Notes under the pieces: model-generated | Seen by the model: only the letters and a program-made list of their open reading frames with translations | The model's database searches: none | Told to the model about the DNA's origin: nothing | Origin: Elsinoe ampelina | Lineage: Eukaryota | DNA: 64,000 nucleotides | Assembly (NCBI GenBank): GCA_010093995.1 | Contig: ML992502.1 | Span: 861,001 to 925,000 of the forward strand | Reading direction: 5' to 3' | Position numbers and translations under genes: made by a program | Part shown: positions 33,244 to 45,603 of the stretch, piece after piece | Layout of the letters: each line of letters opens with the position of its first letter | Position numbering within the stretch: the stretch's first letter is position 1

Positions 33244-35356
33244 ATGGCAAATTCCTCCAATCCCTCTACCATCGACTTGAAGCAAATCCATACTGCTTTG
33301 CAACAAGAAGTCTCCGGCTCTGGCGGAGAGGCCTACCATGGGGCCATCGATCGACTTCTTGAGTACACTCGAATCGACAAGGCGGCAAGGCAAGCGAATG
33401 CGGATGATGAACCAGTAATTATTCGAGATCTACTGGATCTGCTGTTGAGGATAGCTCCTACCGGTGTTGCATCGCCAGAGAGTGAGACCAAGCTGCTGAA
33501 ATGCTGCGGCAACCTAGTCGCCGACAATGGTAAGTGAGTGAATCATGCGATCGGGCTTTCGCTGATCTCGGAAGATCGAAATCGTGAAGCATTCATCGGT
33601 GCAGGAGAGTCCTTGCAATTCTTGAGAGATGCGATTATTTTCGAAACCATTGGTGATCAGGAGCAGCAATATCAACGAGCTGCACTGGCCCTCAAGGTCG
33701 CATTCAACCTTTGCAATGATTATGGTAGGTTTTGTTCTTCTGGTCGTCTTCGACAGAGTGCTCACACTGTCAGAATCGGGCCAACGAGCAGCCCTAGCAG
33801 CAGACCTCGACCGTTCAGTGCTCCAGCACATTCACACATGTCTATTCATATCAAAAGACGACACTACAGACCTTGGGACGGAACTGTTGGCCGACTTGTC
33901 ACAACATCTCAAGGACACGAAAACTGTAAAAGCATACGAAAAGGACTTTGTCAACCAAGTCCTTCGACTGCCCTGTGTGGAGGATGTGGATCAAGACACA
34001 TTCCTTGAGATGGCGACAGCGATTGGACCTTACCTTGCATTACCTCGCTTTCAAGAGGCCGTACTGGCATTCTCGCAAATTCATCTCGCATTCGAGCTTC
34101 TTGAGAAGACCATTTTCATGCTGTCCAATTCTCCGAAGGCAGACGAAGGTGGGTCAGCATCGTTTCTACATGTCGCAAACTTCTGATTGTAGTGAGCAGG
34201 CCGTACATTCGAGGCGGTCTTATTGAGAAGTATCACTGATATCTCCACGCTGCCGGACTTTCCGCTCACATTCGCTACCTCTTCTGATTTTGTCCGCACA
34301 TTGACCGACCGCTGCGTGTTGACTGAGAACGACGCCGATAGCGCCAATCTCGCTGTCTGCTCGTGCATATTGCTGGGAAATTACGCCACAGATCCGGCAG
34401 CTGCAGCGGCTATCGTGTCCCAAATCAAGATGGATGGTCTGCACGACTTCATAACTCTCAAAGCATATCGGAGAAGCCGTACCTCAACGGTGACAGGCAT
34501 TCAAGACCATGCGGACTACCTCCACGCCGCTGCTGGTATGCTGCGGCATCTTGCTCTTCCACCGGGGATACGACAGAAATACTTCCGGGATCAGGCCAGC
34601 AAGCAGACTGCCATGGCTCTGGCTCAATATCCCCATGTGGAGGTGCAGATCGCAGGCTTGCGACTGCTCCGACAGCTTATCGTGGACGACTTTGCTGGGC
34701 TTGATCATATCATCCACAGCTCGTATCACACTGCTTTGTTGCGATTGTACTCTGAGCCTACTACAGACGGGCGTGTGAAGCTCGAAATATCGAGGACAAT
34801 CACAGCCTTGCTTCGAGAGGCAGCCAAGCCGCTGGGGATGTCGACGGCAGCGTCTTACGGATCGGATAATACTGACACACCTCAATCTCCTATCGCGGAT
34901 GCCACGATACCTACTATGCTCGCTGCTCCGAATCTTCTCGAACCTCTCGCATATGCCATCACGGACTCGAAATTGCCTCTGGCGCAAGCAGAAGGATATC
35001 TGGGTTTGTGCCTGATCCTTCGATGCTCCTCGACAAAAGGACCACAACTTGTCTCGTCCTTGATCGCTTCTCATCCTTCGCTGCTATTCACCATGAAATC
35101 GACGATCGTAGGATCCAAAGATACTACCAATGTTGGGGAGGAAAGTGCCCCACAGGGAGAACAAACCACTGAAGGAGAAGTCTTACCACTGCAAGGACAA
35201 AAAACTGATGCGGCAGCGACTGGTGTGGCATTGAAAGCCAGGGACAATGCGGTGGTATTATTAAGCGAGCTGTTGAAAAGTGAAAACATTGATGACGCTG
35301 TGAGAGACAGCTTGGACAGCATAGCAAATGAGGCCGGCATTACCTTGAGATTATGA
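33244..35356 (+). CDS. Armadillo-repeat protein, Bem4/SmgGDS (RAP1GDS1)-like
   Basis: CCGNLVADNDRNR, AFNLCNDY, CILLGNYA, AAGMLRHLALP. Introns 33530-33574 (AAG acceptor), about 33725-33773 and about 34149-34200. Confidence 0.75.
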
Positions 35357-35733
35357 TGCTCAGGATGGGCAGAGACGACTTGTGATGGAGAGATTGGGTA
35401 CTAGAGAAAGCACCCGGCGAATGGCTTTCTCAAGCATGATGTCAAGAATCTTTCTTCTTTCCGATACAGCAATTAGCGCCCATGGTTCAGATCTGTGGCT
35501 TGAAGATAAGCATTTGATGCTCGACATCTTTTGTCGATCATCCACTGCATGCGGAAAAGCGCCGATGACGTCGTGAGGCATGCATGAGCTCGACAGCTGC
35601 CGAACCAAAGAGCTCTGAACATTTACATCTTCCAAGAAACATCCGCTTCTTGCCCAAGTCACCATCTCCCATTCCTCCAATCTCATAGACCACATTCCTC
35701 TCATCTCTCCCATCACAAACACGAAATACCACC

Positions 35734-36342
35734 ATGCCATTCGCAACTCGAACCCTTCGCCTCTCCCGGCCCCTGACCTCATCCCTCCGCAACACTACCC
35801 CCTTCACCCAACGCCTACCTGCCTCCATCCGCCTCGCCTCCTCCGACTACGGCTCTCCCACCGGCGGCCCCATCTCAGAGAACCCAAAAGACCAAGGCCC
35901 CAACCCCTCGGCCGACAAAGAGCACCCAGGCCCCCCAGCCCCCAAAGTCGGCCAAAACACCGGCACCTCAGGCACCAAAGCCACTTCCTCCGGGCACAAC
36001 ACGCCCAACTCCCAATCCGACGTGCGCCCCAGCGTAGGCAACGAACCCACACAGGGAAAATCAGAGGGCGGGAAGAAGTCCTTCAGCACCTCTGCCCGCC
36101 GCCGACTGGCAGAAGCGCAGGAGAGCACGCAGACGAAGAACGGTGCCAGACCGAAGATTCTGAGCGAGAGTCCGCCCAAGGATAGTGAGGCGAGTGAAGA
36201 TGTGAGGAGGCATAATGAGGAGATGGATAGAAGGGCGGAGAGGGCGGCGGAGGGGGTGAAGAGTGAGCAGGCGGAGGGGGATAAGGTGCCAAAGGGGTTT
36301 TGGAAGGGGGATGTGGGGGAGAAGAAGGATGGGAGCGTGTAA
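35734..36342 (+). CDS. Hypothetical protein with mitochondrial-presequence-like N-terminus
   Basis: 202-aa ORF. The first ~35 aa are Arg/Ser/Thr-rich with no acidic residues. Confidence 0.75.
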   Translation: MPFATRTLRLSRPLTSSLRNTTPFTQRLPASIRLASSDYGSPTGGPISENPKDQGPNPSADKEHPGPPAPKVGQNTGTSGTKATSSGHNTPNSQSDVRPSVGNEPTQGKSEGGKKSFSTSARRRLAEAQESTQTKNGARPKILSESPPKDSEASEDVRRHNEEMDRRAERAAEGVKSEQAEGDKVPKGFWKGDVGEKKDGSV

Positions 36343-36617
36343 TGCACTCAATTTATGGACGAACGAGGGCCGGTAGGATCGCTTGAGTCCCATAGGCGTG
36401 GAGTCCACGGAGGTGAAGGTCTTGACAGGAGCAGGTAGGACCTCATCCTGGCTGGTAAGGAAAGCAATATCAAATCGACAGACGGACGGCACCAAGTTTC
36501 TTTTGTACAACATGTAAGCATTGATAGCAAATGGGTATCGCATTGCAATTCATCACTCATCACGTCGTCGCTGGTAGTAGTATACAGATGAATACCCAAC
36601 TCCTCGCTGCCAATTCC

Positions 36618-39137
36618 TCAAACAACCTCATCCCCCGCGATCCCGTCCCCCGTCTCCCAAACCGCCTGTGAATCCATCCTTACATCTTCTTCCCAAATAC
36701 CACCGTCTCTCGAAACCCGCACTTCCGCCGCCGACTCCACCGGGCTATTTTTCCAAGACCAGAGTCGACCTATCCCAAGCCCTTCTTTCTTCTCCTCCCG
36801 TACTTCTTGTACAACCCTATCTTCCTCCATAGTCTCATACACACTCCCTACATCACGAATAGCATCAGCCCGCCGATCAACCCACTCCTCGACCCCCAGC
36901 TTCGTCTTCCGCCTCGCCTCAAACACAGGATCCGACGCCTCCCACATACCCGACCGCCGCGACCGGTACAGCCCCGACTTGAGCCCCTGCGCCGGTCCAG
37001 CTCCCCGCACCACCGGCTCATCCTCGAACAGGATACCCAAATACGCCACCAGGCCGGTCCAGATCTGCCCGGTGACCCAGACGAGCGTGCTGGTGAGGGG
37101 ACACCACAGCCAGCGCACCGGGCGGAAGAGCATAGTTGGTAGCGCGAAGGGGTAGCGTGGGGCGTTCGGGTCGACGCCGAAGCCGGTCATGTCGTGGGCG
37201 TATCGGGGTTGGCACCAGATGGTGCAGGCGGTGGTTTCGAGGAGGTACCATGTGAGGCAGGCGGCGGTGAGGATGCCGACGGTGGTGAGGCCCCATGGTC
37301 GGGGATTTGCGAGGGGGGTTTCGGTGGCGGGGTCGAAGAAGAGGGTTGTGGTTTCTTTGAGCAGGTGGGACCAGAGGCTGCCTTGCTGCTCGCGGATGAT
37401 GAGCTCTTTGCCTGGTACAATGTGGTCGGTGGGCAGACCGGAACTCATCTCTACGCGCTTCTCCATGCCCCGTAGACCTCGCTTGACTTCCCTTACGCCT
37501 CGTCTGGCACTCCTGAGGCGACCTGCCATGTCTTCGATGACGAGAAGCTCTTCCCTCCGCTCTTCGTCTGATTTGCTCAAGGGTCTTCCTGTGGAGTGGA
37601 GCCTGTCTAGCTCGGCTTTCACTTCGTCCAGGTTCAGGGTGGCGGAGACGTCGGTTTGAGGTTGGGTCTGTGTCAAGGTCGGATCCAGGAGGTCTTCGAG
37701 AGAGGCGATCGTGTCGTCACCTAAGTTCTGCGTTTGCGTTCTAGGCTGAGACAGGAGATTGGACAAAGCTGAAGGTGGCAGTGAAGGGGCGGATGTAGAC
37801 CGTTGAGGAGGTAATGGAGGTGGCTGCGAAAGCTTCGGAGAAGGTGGCGGGAGTTCGGCTGGAGGCACATCCTTGACTGGTGATGAAGGTTGTGCAGAAT
37901 CGTGTCGGACGGTGAAAGGTGTATCCACCCAAGCGCCCATGACTTTCGGGGTCTTTGCTGGTAAGACTGGAGCTGCAGGTCGTGGAGTTTCGTGGATAGC
38001 AGGCGGAGCGACTTCAGGGGCTTGAGCTGAGGACTGCCGTTGAGTATTTGGAAGGTGTTGAGGTCGACTGATGGGTTGTGGGGCGGTATTAGGAGACGGG
38101 CTGGGAGACTGGCTTGTGACTCGCGCAAGTCGCTTGAGGAGCTGAATAGATTCTTGTCGGGTTGTGCTTGGCCGAGTGCTGTTCGCTTGATTGGCGTGAC
38201 CCATGTCGTTCGAAACAGACTCCCGCTTGACGCCTGAGCTGATGCCATTGATGGGAACATTCTCCTTGTTGCTCCCTACAAGCCTTGCAGCTATTCCCGG
38301 CTTGTCGTCTGGGGAAGACCGTCGATGTCTAGTCACCGGCTGTCCTGCGATACGGGACATTCGTGACTCGAGTTGACCCCGTACTGACTCTGGAGATGTC
38401 CTCTCCGATATCCTGCTCAGCTGATCTCTTGCAACGCCACGACTTTGTATGCCCTCCAGCTCTCTCTTCCTACTCGTGACCATGGGAGTCGATTGTAGGA
38501 ATGAGCCTGCTGTGAAGTCCTGCTCTGTTTCCCACTGCCGAATGCGCTCAATCGAATTGTTATGCTCTACTCGCACAGGTGACGAAGCCAGCCGTCGGCT
38601 TTTAGACGATACCGGTGTCGTCCGCTCTACTGACTGTACTGGTCGATCCGCAGCAGTCGCCCAGTCTACCGCACGCGATATGCTCTCTCTCTGCTCTCGG
38701 CGAGACGTTGCCGGATCAGCGCTAGCAGGTCTCCCAATCTCAGCGTCTATGTCGCCCAGCCTCCGTAGCCAGCCATTGCTCTGCCTCGCCTTTCGCCCCC
38801 AATCGCGTGGTATATTAAGAGGTGGATCTGAACCAGCTGTCCAAGTCTGCTCCGCGACTCCAGGATCGCTCCCTCCAGACGAGATAGACCTCGTCCCCAG
38901 TTGATTTGTGCCATTCAGGTGCTCCAGAGTAGCGCCGATTCCAATATGTGGTCGCGCTTTGCGAAATGCTTGTCCGGGTCCATTAAGCGCCCTGTTCAAG
39001 CGTTGTTCGTCCTTTGCATGCTGTAGGAGCATGCGACCAAATTCGTCCGTGTCGTCCTCAGCAGAAGATAGACCTGAAATGACCGAGCCAGAGTCGAAAG
39101 TCTTGCCATCACGCGCCCAGGCCATGTCGACTGCCAT
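36618..39137 (-). CDS. Hypothetical protein: long disordered region, coiled coil, C-terminal TM segments
   Basis: 839-aa intronless ORF. PPLNIPRDWGRK and GAWVDTP motifs. Hydrophobic region near WYLLETTACTIWC. Confidence 0.8.
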   Translation of the reverse strand: MAVDMAWARDGKTFDSGSVISGLSSAEDDTDEFGRMLLQHAKDEQRLNRALNGPGQAFRKARPHIGIGATLEHLNGTNQLGTRSISSGGSDPGVAEQTWTAGSDPPLNIPRDWGRKARQSNGWLRRLGDIDAEIGRPASADPATSRREQRESISRAVDWATAADRPVQSVERTTPVSSKSRRLASSPVRVEHNNSIERIRQWETEQDFTAGSFLQSTPMVTSRKRELEGIQSRGVARDQLSRISERTSPESVRGQLESRMSRIAGQPVTRHRRSSPDDKPGIAARLVGSNKENVPINGISSGVKRESVSNDMGHANQANSTRPSTTRQESIQLLKRLARVTSQSPSPSPNTAPQPISRPQHLPNTQRQSSAQAPEVAPPAIHETPRPAAPVLPAKTPKVMGAWVDTPFTVRHDSAQPSSPVKDVPPAELPPPSPKLSQPPPLPPQRSTSAPSLPPSALSNLLSQPRTQTQNLGDDTIASLEDLLDPTLTQTQPQTDVSATLNLDEVKAELDRLHSTGRPLSKSDEERREELLVIEDMAGRLRSARRGVREVKRGLRGMEKRVEMSSGLPTDHIVPGKELIIREQQGSLWSHLLKETTTLFFDPATETPLANPRPWGLTTVGILTAACLTWYLLETTACTIWCQPRYAHDMTGFGVDPNAPRYPFALPTMLFRPVRWLWCPLTSTLVWVTGQIWTGLVAYLGILFEDEPVVRGAGPAQGLKSGLYRSRRSGMWEASDPVFEARRKTKLGVEEWVDRRADAIRDVGSVYETMEEDRVVQEVREEKKEGLGIGRLWSWKNSPVESAAEVRVSRDGGIWEEDVRMDSQAVWETGDGIAGDEVV

Positions 39138-39499
39138 GGCAGCGACTTATTCGCGTAGCCCTCGACACTATGAAGAGATGGTGCGCCGGAGATTAGAGTG
39201 GAGCCGGTAATGTATGCATTGCGATTATTCCTACAAAGAGCCAATCCCAAATGGAAGCGACCAATACAATTGCGTATTCGTGGGAGCAATATCAAACATG
39301 TATGTCGAGACTTGAGAAGTAAACATAGCGCATCGCGTGTACCAATCGCGAAGCTCGACAATTAAAGGTGGTCCGAGCACGGCTGCGAGCCCCACTACAC
39401 TCCGCAGCGCCGATGAGGCAGCATCATTCTTTTGGATGTCTCTACGTCTTCATCCTCCTCTTCTGATATAAGACGTCTCGCCGGATCGATTCACGAAGA

Positions 39500-40167
39500 A
39501 TGGCAAACATCAATTGGCGGACCATCGACATCGATGCCCTGGATCCGGAGTCATCGTCCAACTTCGATCTTACCACCTTCACACCGAATGTTCAACCAGT
39601 TTCCACAGCAGATGTACAGACACTAGCGGGTCAGGTCAAGCAATTGCTAAGAGGAGGTGATCAAGAAGGTGCACTGGTCGGAGCATTAGAAAATGTGCCG
39701 TACGGGGCAGATGCACAAGGCAAGGTCAGTGGCAGCTCAACAGGCAGTAGCGGACCTGGCACTGATGAATCGCCTGCAGGAGATCCATGTTGCGACTGTG
39801 ACAGAGATCCTACAATCGATACGACAGGCAGAGATGACGCCGATACTTTCAAAGATATATCAATCGCCAGCAGGAACCGAGCTTTGTGACACACTCATGA
39901 AATACCTCTACAAGGGAATGGCAGCACCACCTCCAGGAAGCTCGGGACGAAATGTTACACCTCAGCAGACTGGTTTCTCGCAGGCGGGAGGCAGAGTTGG
40001 GGCTGGTGAAGGCCAAGGCCATGCCATGAGTGTGCTGCTCAGCTGGCATGAAAAGGTATGTGCGAAATCGCGGCCTAAGCCTGGGTCGAGACTGATCAGA
40101 ACAGCTTGTGGAGATTGCTGGACCTGGTAGTATAGTGAGGGTCATGTCGGACAGGCGGACTGTATGA
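39500..40167 (+). CDS. ARC15: Arp2/3 complex subunit 5 (p16-Arc)
   Basis: NWRTIDIDALDPE, DTLMKYLYKGM, SVLLSWHEK, GPGSIVRVMSDRRTV. Two introns. Confidence 0.95.
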
Positions 40168-40936
40168 AAAGGCTACAGACCCATGCCCTTGAGTGATGAG
40201 TGCACCACGACGTACGGCTGGCTGTTCATAGGCACGAACCACCAATGGTGATGACAGCGGCCGACGTGTAGAACGTCAAAGACCATGCTCGAGCATGTCA
40301 GGCGCACAGCCGGACCTACCACAGTGCGAACAAGAGGAGACCAAAAGCGGAAGGCATAGTCAAGTATGCTTGATGGTTAGACAAAACTAGTTATGAGGAA
40401 TGATAATACCGTCCATAGAGGAGAACTTTCTACTGAGACGCGACATTCATATATTGCTAATAACGCGGAGAATCGACTGGCTACAGCAGATAGGGTTCCA
40501 AGGCCCTGCATAACCTGAATAAAAGATAGGTATCCGTTTACGGCCTAGCTTGGTTTTCAGCTCTCGGATAGGTATCCGACCTCTTTGACCTCAACATACG
40601 CTAGCAGCAGCTTTCACTTGCGACAAGGTCGGAGACATGTGAAAATATGGCTTTTTTGCGGTCAGATCACTGGTTGCCATGTGAGACGAAATGGCGCATG
40701 ATTTGTCGATGAAATCGTGATTATGAGCACAGAGGGGAAAAGCGCGTTACGTCATTGTGAGCAGCCATGTCGCGTAGTCAAACGTGAGGATGAGAAGAGC
40801 TGTCAAAGCAAGAATTCCCATCTTCCTGCAAGCCTGACTGCAGCTTTACCTTTCTACCTTCATCTCACTCCATTGAAGACTTTATCAACACTGATCCTCA
40901 TATCAAAGCTTGCAATACCTGAGAAGCCATTCAATC

Positions 40937-42295
40937 ATGAGGTTCACTTTGTTTACCGCAGCTCTCCTCGCTGCTGAGGGCGCTGTCGCTAGTAGCTGGT
41001 TCAGCAAGGCTGGTGAGTCTTCTCACCTGATGCTTTCAAAGACATTGACTGATCAATCCGCAGCTTACAACAAGTGGCACGAGACTGAGCTTGAGCGATG
41101 GCTCTCGGATCACAATATCCCATACCCCACCCCAGCAGACCGCAAGGATCTGATTGACACTGTCAACAAGAACTGGGAGGAGAATGTAGCCCGTCCCTAC
41201 AACTCCTGGGATACCGCTCAGCTCCAGGGTTACCTGACCGCTCAAGGCAAAAAGGCTGAGAAAGGCGCCGAGAAGAACAAGGACAGCCTTCTTAAGCAGG
41301 TCAAAAGCTCGTGGTCTGAGACTCAAGATCAGGCTTCCGACTCTTACAGCAGCGTTCAAAACTGGATCTTCAACAGGTGAGGTTTCTCCGAGCATTGGTT
41401 TCCGATCTCCCACTAACCTTTTCACAGCTGGACCGACTCCAACCTCAAGTCTTTCCTCGACTACCACAAGATACCCAACCCTACCCCCCGCAACCGTGAC
41501 TCTCTCCTCCAGGCCGCTCGTGGAAACTATGCCACTATCGCCGACAAGCTCAAGCAGACTACCGCCTACCCCGGTGACTGGCTCTATGAATCATGGTCTG
41601 ACTCTGACTTGAAGGCCTGGTTGGACGAGCGTGGCATCCCAGTCCCTCAGCCCAACAACCGTGACAAGCTCATCGCATCCATTCGCCGCAACTCTCGCAC
41701 CGCATCCAAATCTGCTTCCTCCGCTGCCAGCTCTCTGTCATCTTCCGCCGCTGCCGCTCAGGCCACTCTCACCGACCAGCTCATCAACTCTTGGGACGAC
41801 ACCAGGCTCAAGCAGTGGCTCGACGAGCAGGGCATCAAGATTCCTCAGGGCAGCCGTCAGAACGAGCTTCGTGCTCTCGTCCGCAAGCAGCGTGCTCGTC
41901 TCGTTGGTGGTAATGTCTCTGCTTCTGCTGCCTCTGCTTACGGTGCCGCTACCACCAGCGCTGGTAACGCCTTTGCTCGTGCCACCGACGACATCTACTC
42001 GCAGGGCAAGCAATGGTACGACTGGGCCGCCGTCCAGATCGGCATCGGTTCCGAGGAAGCCAAGTCGTCCATCTCTTCCATCTCCTCCGCCGCTTCCTCC
42101 TACGCTTCCTCCGTCAGTAGTGTTGCCGAGAAGTCTGCATCGTCTGCTTCTAAGCAAGCAGCCAAGACTTCTGGTGATGCCGCTGCTGCCGCCAACTCTG
42201 CTCGCGGTGAGGTCACCCGATCTGCTGCCAGCGCTTCTCGCGCCGCTGCTGCCTCTGCCAAGTCCGCCACCGCCCGCGTCAGGAACGAGTTGTAA
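40937..42295 (+). CDS. Ish1/Msc1-like stress-response ER/nuclear-envelope protein
   Basis: Signal peptide, repeated W..S.LK.WL...GIP.P Ish1-type units, C-terminal RNEL. Introns near 41013-41063 and 41377-41428. Confidence 0.88.
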
Positions 42296-42650
42296 GCACG
42301 TCAATCCCTACATCGGACCTGGAACGATATCAAAAGCAAGGATGATACCACGAAGATGATTCCCACCACGGCAAGCTCTGATTATTTTCACCAAGGAAAC
42401 TGGAGTTTTGAGAAACAAGTTTGAGTCGAAGAACGAATCCTGTATTTTTAGATAGCTTACCAGTAGCGATCTGGAGTTCAGAATGAAAAATGGGTCTTGA
42501 AGTTGCACAGTCTATCATTGTCTAATTCAATTGCAACCGAATCTTGGAAGCATCCAAGCCAAATATCGTTGACCATTATGTCCTTGTCCACCACGCCTGG
42601 ACTTTATGTGTCGACCGCCAGTAGCTTACTACAGCCTCACTAGCACGCTG

Positions 42651-44459
42651 CTACTCTTCTTCGTCCCGGTCCTTCTCTTTCTCATTCGTATTACAGTCCT
42701 CATTCCCGAAGAAGCTTCTCTCGTCCTCGTCATGGGCTTCAAGATCTGGATTGAGCGGCACATCCACCAACCCATGCTCTCTCCACCTGCTCTCCCTAGG
42801 ATCTTTCCCTGCCAGACCCTCAGGTGTCACTCTCCTATCAGCACCTCCGAGCACACCAATCTCCGGCTGGCCCTCCTGTAGCCCTCTCGTATTCCGCTCA
42901 CCTACCAGCGATCCCACCTCCCCGTTCGTCCTCTGTGTTCCTTCCCGCCCTTCCTTTCCTGCACCGCACGTGAACATCCCTTCCTCCACCGTCCTCCCAT
43001 CCGCCGTCCCCCTGACCTTCTTCCTGATGCTCCATCCCCCCTTCCACCCAACCCACCCCTCCTCCCACGGTCCCCTCACCACCCCCACCCCCAACGCCAC
43101 AACAATAGCCCCGATAGAGTACCCCCCACTCCCCTCCCACCCAAACCTCTCGTACAACACGCTCCCCACCGCCGTCCCCGTCATCTGCCCGGCAAACACA
43201 AACGTCATCAACGCGGTATTGACCCTGTTCCTCGCCCTGGGGTCTACGGCGTAAACAGCACTTCTCCAAGCCGTCTGGGCCATCTGATTCCCGAAATCGC
43301 CCAGGGCGGCTTGGACGATGAGACCCGCGATGGTGCGCTGACCGGACAAGGTGCCGGTGAGGATGGCGACGAGGCAGGTGGCTTGGGAGAGGAGGACGGA
43401 GAAGAGCGGGACGTGGGGGTCTATGACTTTGCGGCCGAAGAGGGGGGAGAGCAGGACGGGGAGGAGGATGGCGAGGGCGAAGAGCCCGACTGTGGTGTTG
43501 GGGTGGGCGTAGCGGGGTCCGGTGAGGAGGAGGGTGAGGGTTGTCCAGAAGAGGGAGAAGGTGGAGGCGGTGAAGAAGGAGGCGGTGCAGGCTTGGGCGA
43601 GCACGGGTTTGGTGGTCAGGAGGCGGAGCATGGAGAGGAGGTTCTGTGGGTAGGAGAGGCCCGAGGGGTTGGTGGCGGGGTAGTCTGGCATGTGGAGGTA
43701 GAGGAGGGTGAGGGAGGATAGTTGTAGCGCGAAGCCGAGCCAGAAGACGGCGCGGAAGGTGGTGGTGGCGCTGATGAGACCGGCGGTGAGGCGTGCGAGG
43801 AGTTGGCCGAGCATGAGGCCGGAGGTGACGATGGAGAGGGCGGCGGCGCGGCGGGTCGGGGGCGCGAGGTCGCCTACGAGAGGGAACATGAGTTGGGGTG
43901 TCACGGTGAGGAAGGCGCAGACGAAGCTCACGCCGGTGAAGACGCGGAGGGAGGTGGTGGTGCAGAGGATGATCCAGAGGATGTTTGCGGTGAGGCAGAG
44001 GCGGAGGACAAGGGGTCGCCGTTTGAAGACGTCGCCGAGGGGGCAGAGGGTGAAGAGTCCGATAGCATAGCCCGCTTGAATGACGGTGGGGACTTGTGCG
44101 ATGGCGTCCTCGCCGACGCGGAATTCCCCTGCAAGAATGTCGAGCATGGGATGGGTGTAGTAGAGGTTGGCGGCGCTGACCGCGGTAGCCCAGGCGAAGA
44201 CTAGGTTGAGGTAAAGTGTGAACTTGGGTGGTTCGTTGGGGTCCCAGCGACAAGTTGGAGGAGTCCAAGCGAGCTTGTCGTGGATTTTGGAGCTGGCATC
44301 TTTGAACTTCTGCCATAAGTTACCGACTCGGCTTGACGGCGGTCCTTGATCCAGGGGCTTGACAATGGTCGAAGAGCAGACTGAGCAGACGCTCCCGTTC
44401 TGTCGATGAGGATCGTATTCGCTCTCCTCGAGAGGAGACCTCATGGTAGGTGTTATCAT
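42651..44459 (-). CDS. Major facilitator superfamily transporter
   Basis: About 12 TM segments. ANLYYTHP, PLGDVFKRRPL, ARNRVNT. Confidence 0.92.
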   Translation of the reverse strand: MITPTMRSPLEESEYDPHRQNGSVCSVCSSTIVKPLDQGPPSSRVGNLWQKFKDASSKIHDKLAWTPPTCRWDPNEPPKFTLYLNLVFAWATAVSAANLYYTHPMLDILAGEFRVGEDAIAQVPTVIQAGYAIGLFTLCPLGDVFKRRPLVLRLCLTANILWIILCTTTSLRVFTGVSFVCAFLTVTPQLMFPLVGDLAPPTRRAAALSIVTSGLMLGQLLARLTAGLISATTTFRAVFWLGFALQLSSLTLLYLHMPDYPATNPSGLSYPQNLLSMLRLLTTKPVLAQACTASFFTASTFSLFWTTLTLLLTGPRYAHPNTTVGLFALAILLPVLLSPLFGRKVIDPHVPLFSVLLSQATCLVAILTGTLSGQRTIAGLIVQAALGDFGNQMAQTAWRSAVYAVDPRARNRVNTALMTFVFAGQMTGTAVGSVLYERFGWEGSGGYSIGAIVVALGVGVVRGPWEEGWVGWKGGWSIRKKVRGTADGRTVEEGMFTCGAGKEGREGTQRTNGEVGSLVGERNTRGLQEGQPEIGVLGGADRRVTPEGLAGKDPRESRWREHGLVDVPLNPDLEAHDEDERSFFGNEDCNTNEKEKDRDEEE

Positions 44460-45603
44460 GGCAAGAGGAGATTGAGATTGGCTGAGAATTTGTATGTAGT
44501 CAAATATTAACGTAGAGAGATATCGAGCATTTGGGAACTCAATGAAAAAGACGAGTACGCTTGATATATATGTCTTGACCTACTGATGGAGACGATTATG
44601 CTGCGCTTCATTGTTATTAACAGGCTCGTGGTAGCTAAGGTGGGTCCCGAACAGTTATAACAGCGAGGATGTCGCAAGCCTCAGCATATTCTTTGCTGGA
44701 CGGGGTGTGTTCGAGAAACTTGGCTATGGAGTACCATCTCCTGTGGTTGAGATACAGGACATTGCAGGCAACGGCGTCATAGGGCTTCAGGCGGATTTCG
44801 GGCCTCACAGGCAGGCTGATGAGGCGATGTGCGCAGTCGTGCAGTTGTTTCTTCCAACACATGTCCTTGGCAACAGGCAACGTGATGTGAAATAGAATAT
44901 GATTGGAAGCTGTTGATGGAATTGTGGAAAGTCTGACGCAGTGCACAAGTTGAGATTGGCGGTGATGGAACAAGGTGCTTGGCGGCAAGGGGCGTATGAT
45001 AAGCAGCATCCGGGCAGATCATGCTATCCAAAACCCTGCATGATGCGAAGCCACTCGCAAATTGTCAGTAGTGGTCGCTGCTAAAATTGGGCCGGATGTT
45101 GTGGCAGATGTTCTGGTTTGCAGAGGCTGTGCGGTTCGTCAACCAGTCCCCTGCCCAGACCTACGAGAAAGCCTGTTGCTATATCAGCAGCACTAAGAGT
45201 CTGCTCGTCATTTCATTGCACCTTGTCCTTCTGTCGGAAGACACGTTTGGAGATGAACCTGTCAGCCTAAGCCCCCATGCAGGCGCATCTGCATACAAAG
45301 GGACCACATGCGACAGGTAGAACACTTTTGGAGAATAACATGTGACATTGAAGAGCCTCGAACGGCAAAGCTGGTGCAACGCTAGAAATGATTCGTAGGC
45401 GAGCGGGAAGAGCCTGTTTCTCATCCTTTGCTCTATCAGGGAGACGCTCAACGCATGCATGAATCCCAATGCCTGTCATGAATCCAACCCGAATGCAAAC
45501 AAAAGAAACAAGTATATGTGAAGTCCAGCTATAACACAATGTGGAATCGGAGGGAAGTGCTGCGAGTGTTTGGTCTGTCCGTCGTCACCGTGAATCTCGA
45601 GGA

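Noticed and set aside
41631..42359. Overlapping and antisense ORFs in the Ish1-like gene
   Set aside because: Explained by strong codon bias and Ser/Ala low complexity.
42898..44316. 472-aa alternative-frame ORF, plus antisense ORFs, over the MFS gene
   Set aside because: Pro/Arg/His-rich shadow of the extreme C/G third-position skew. No motif.
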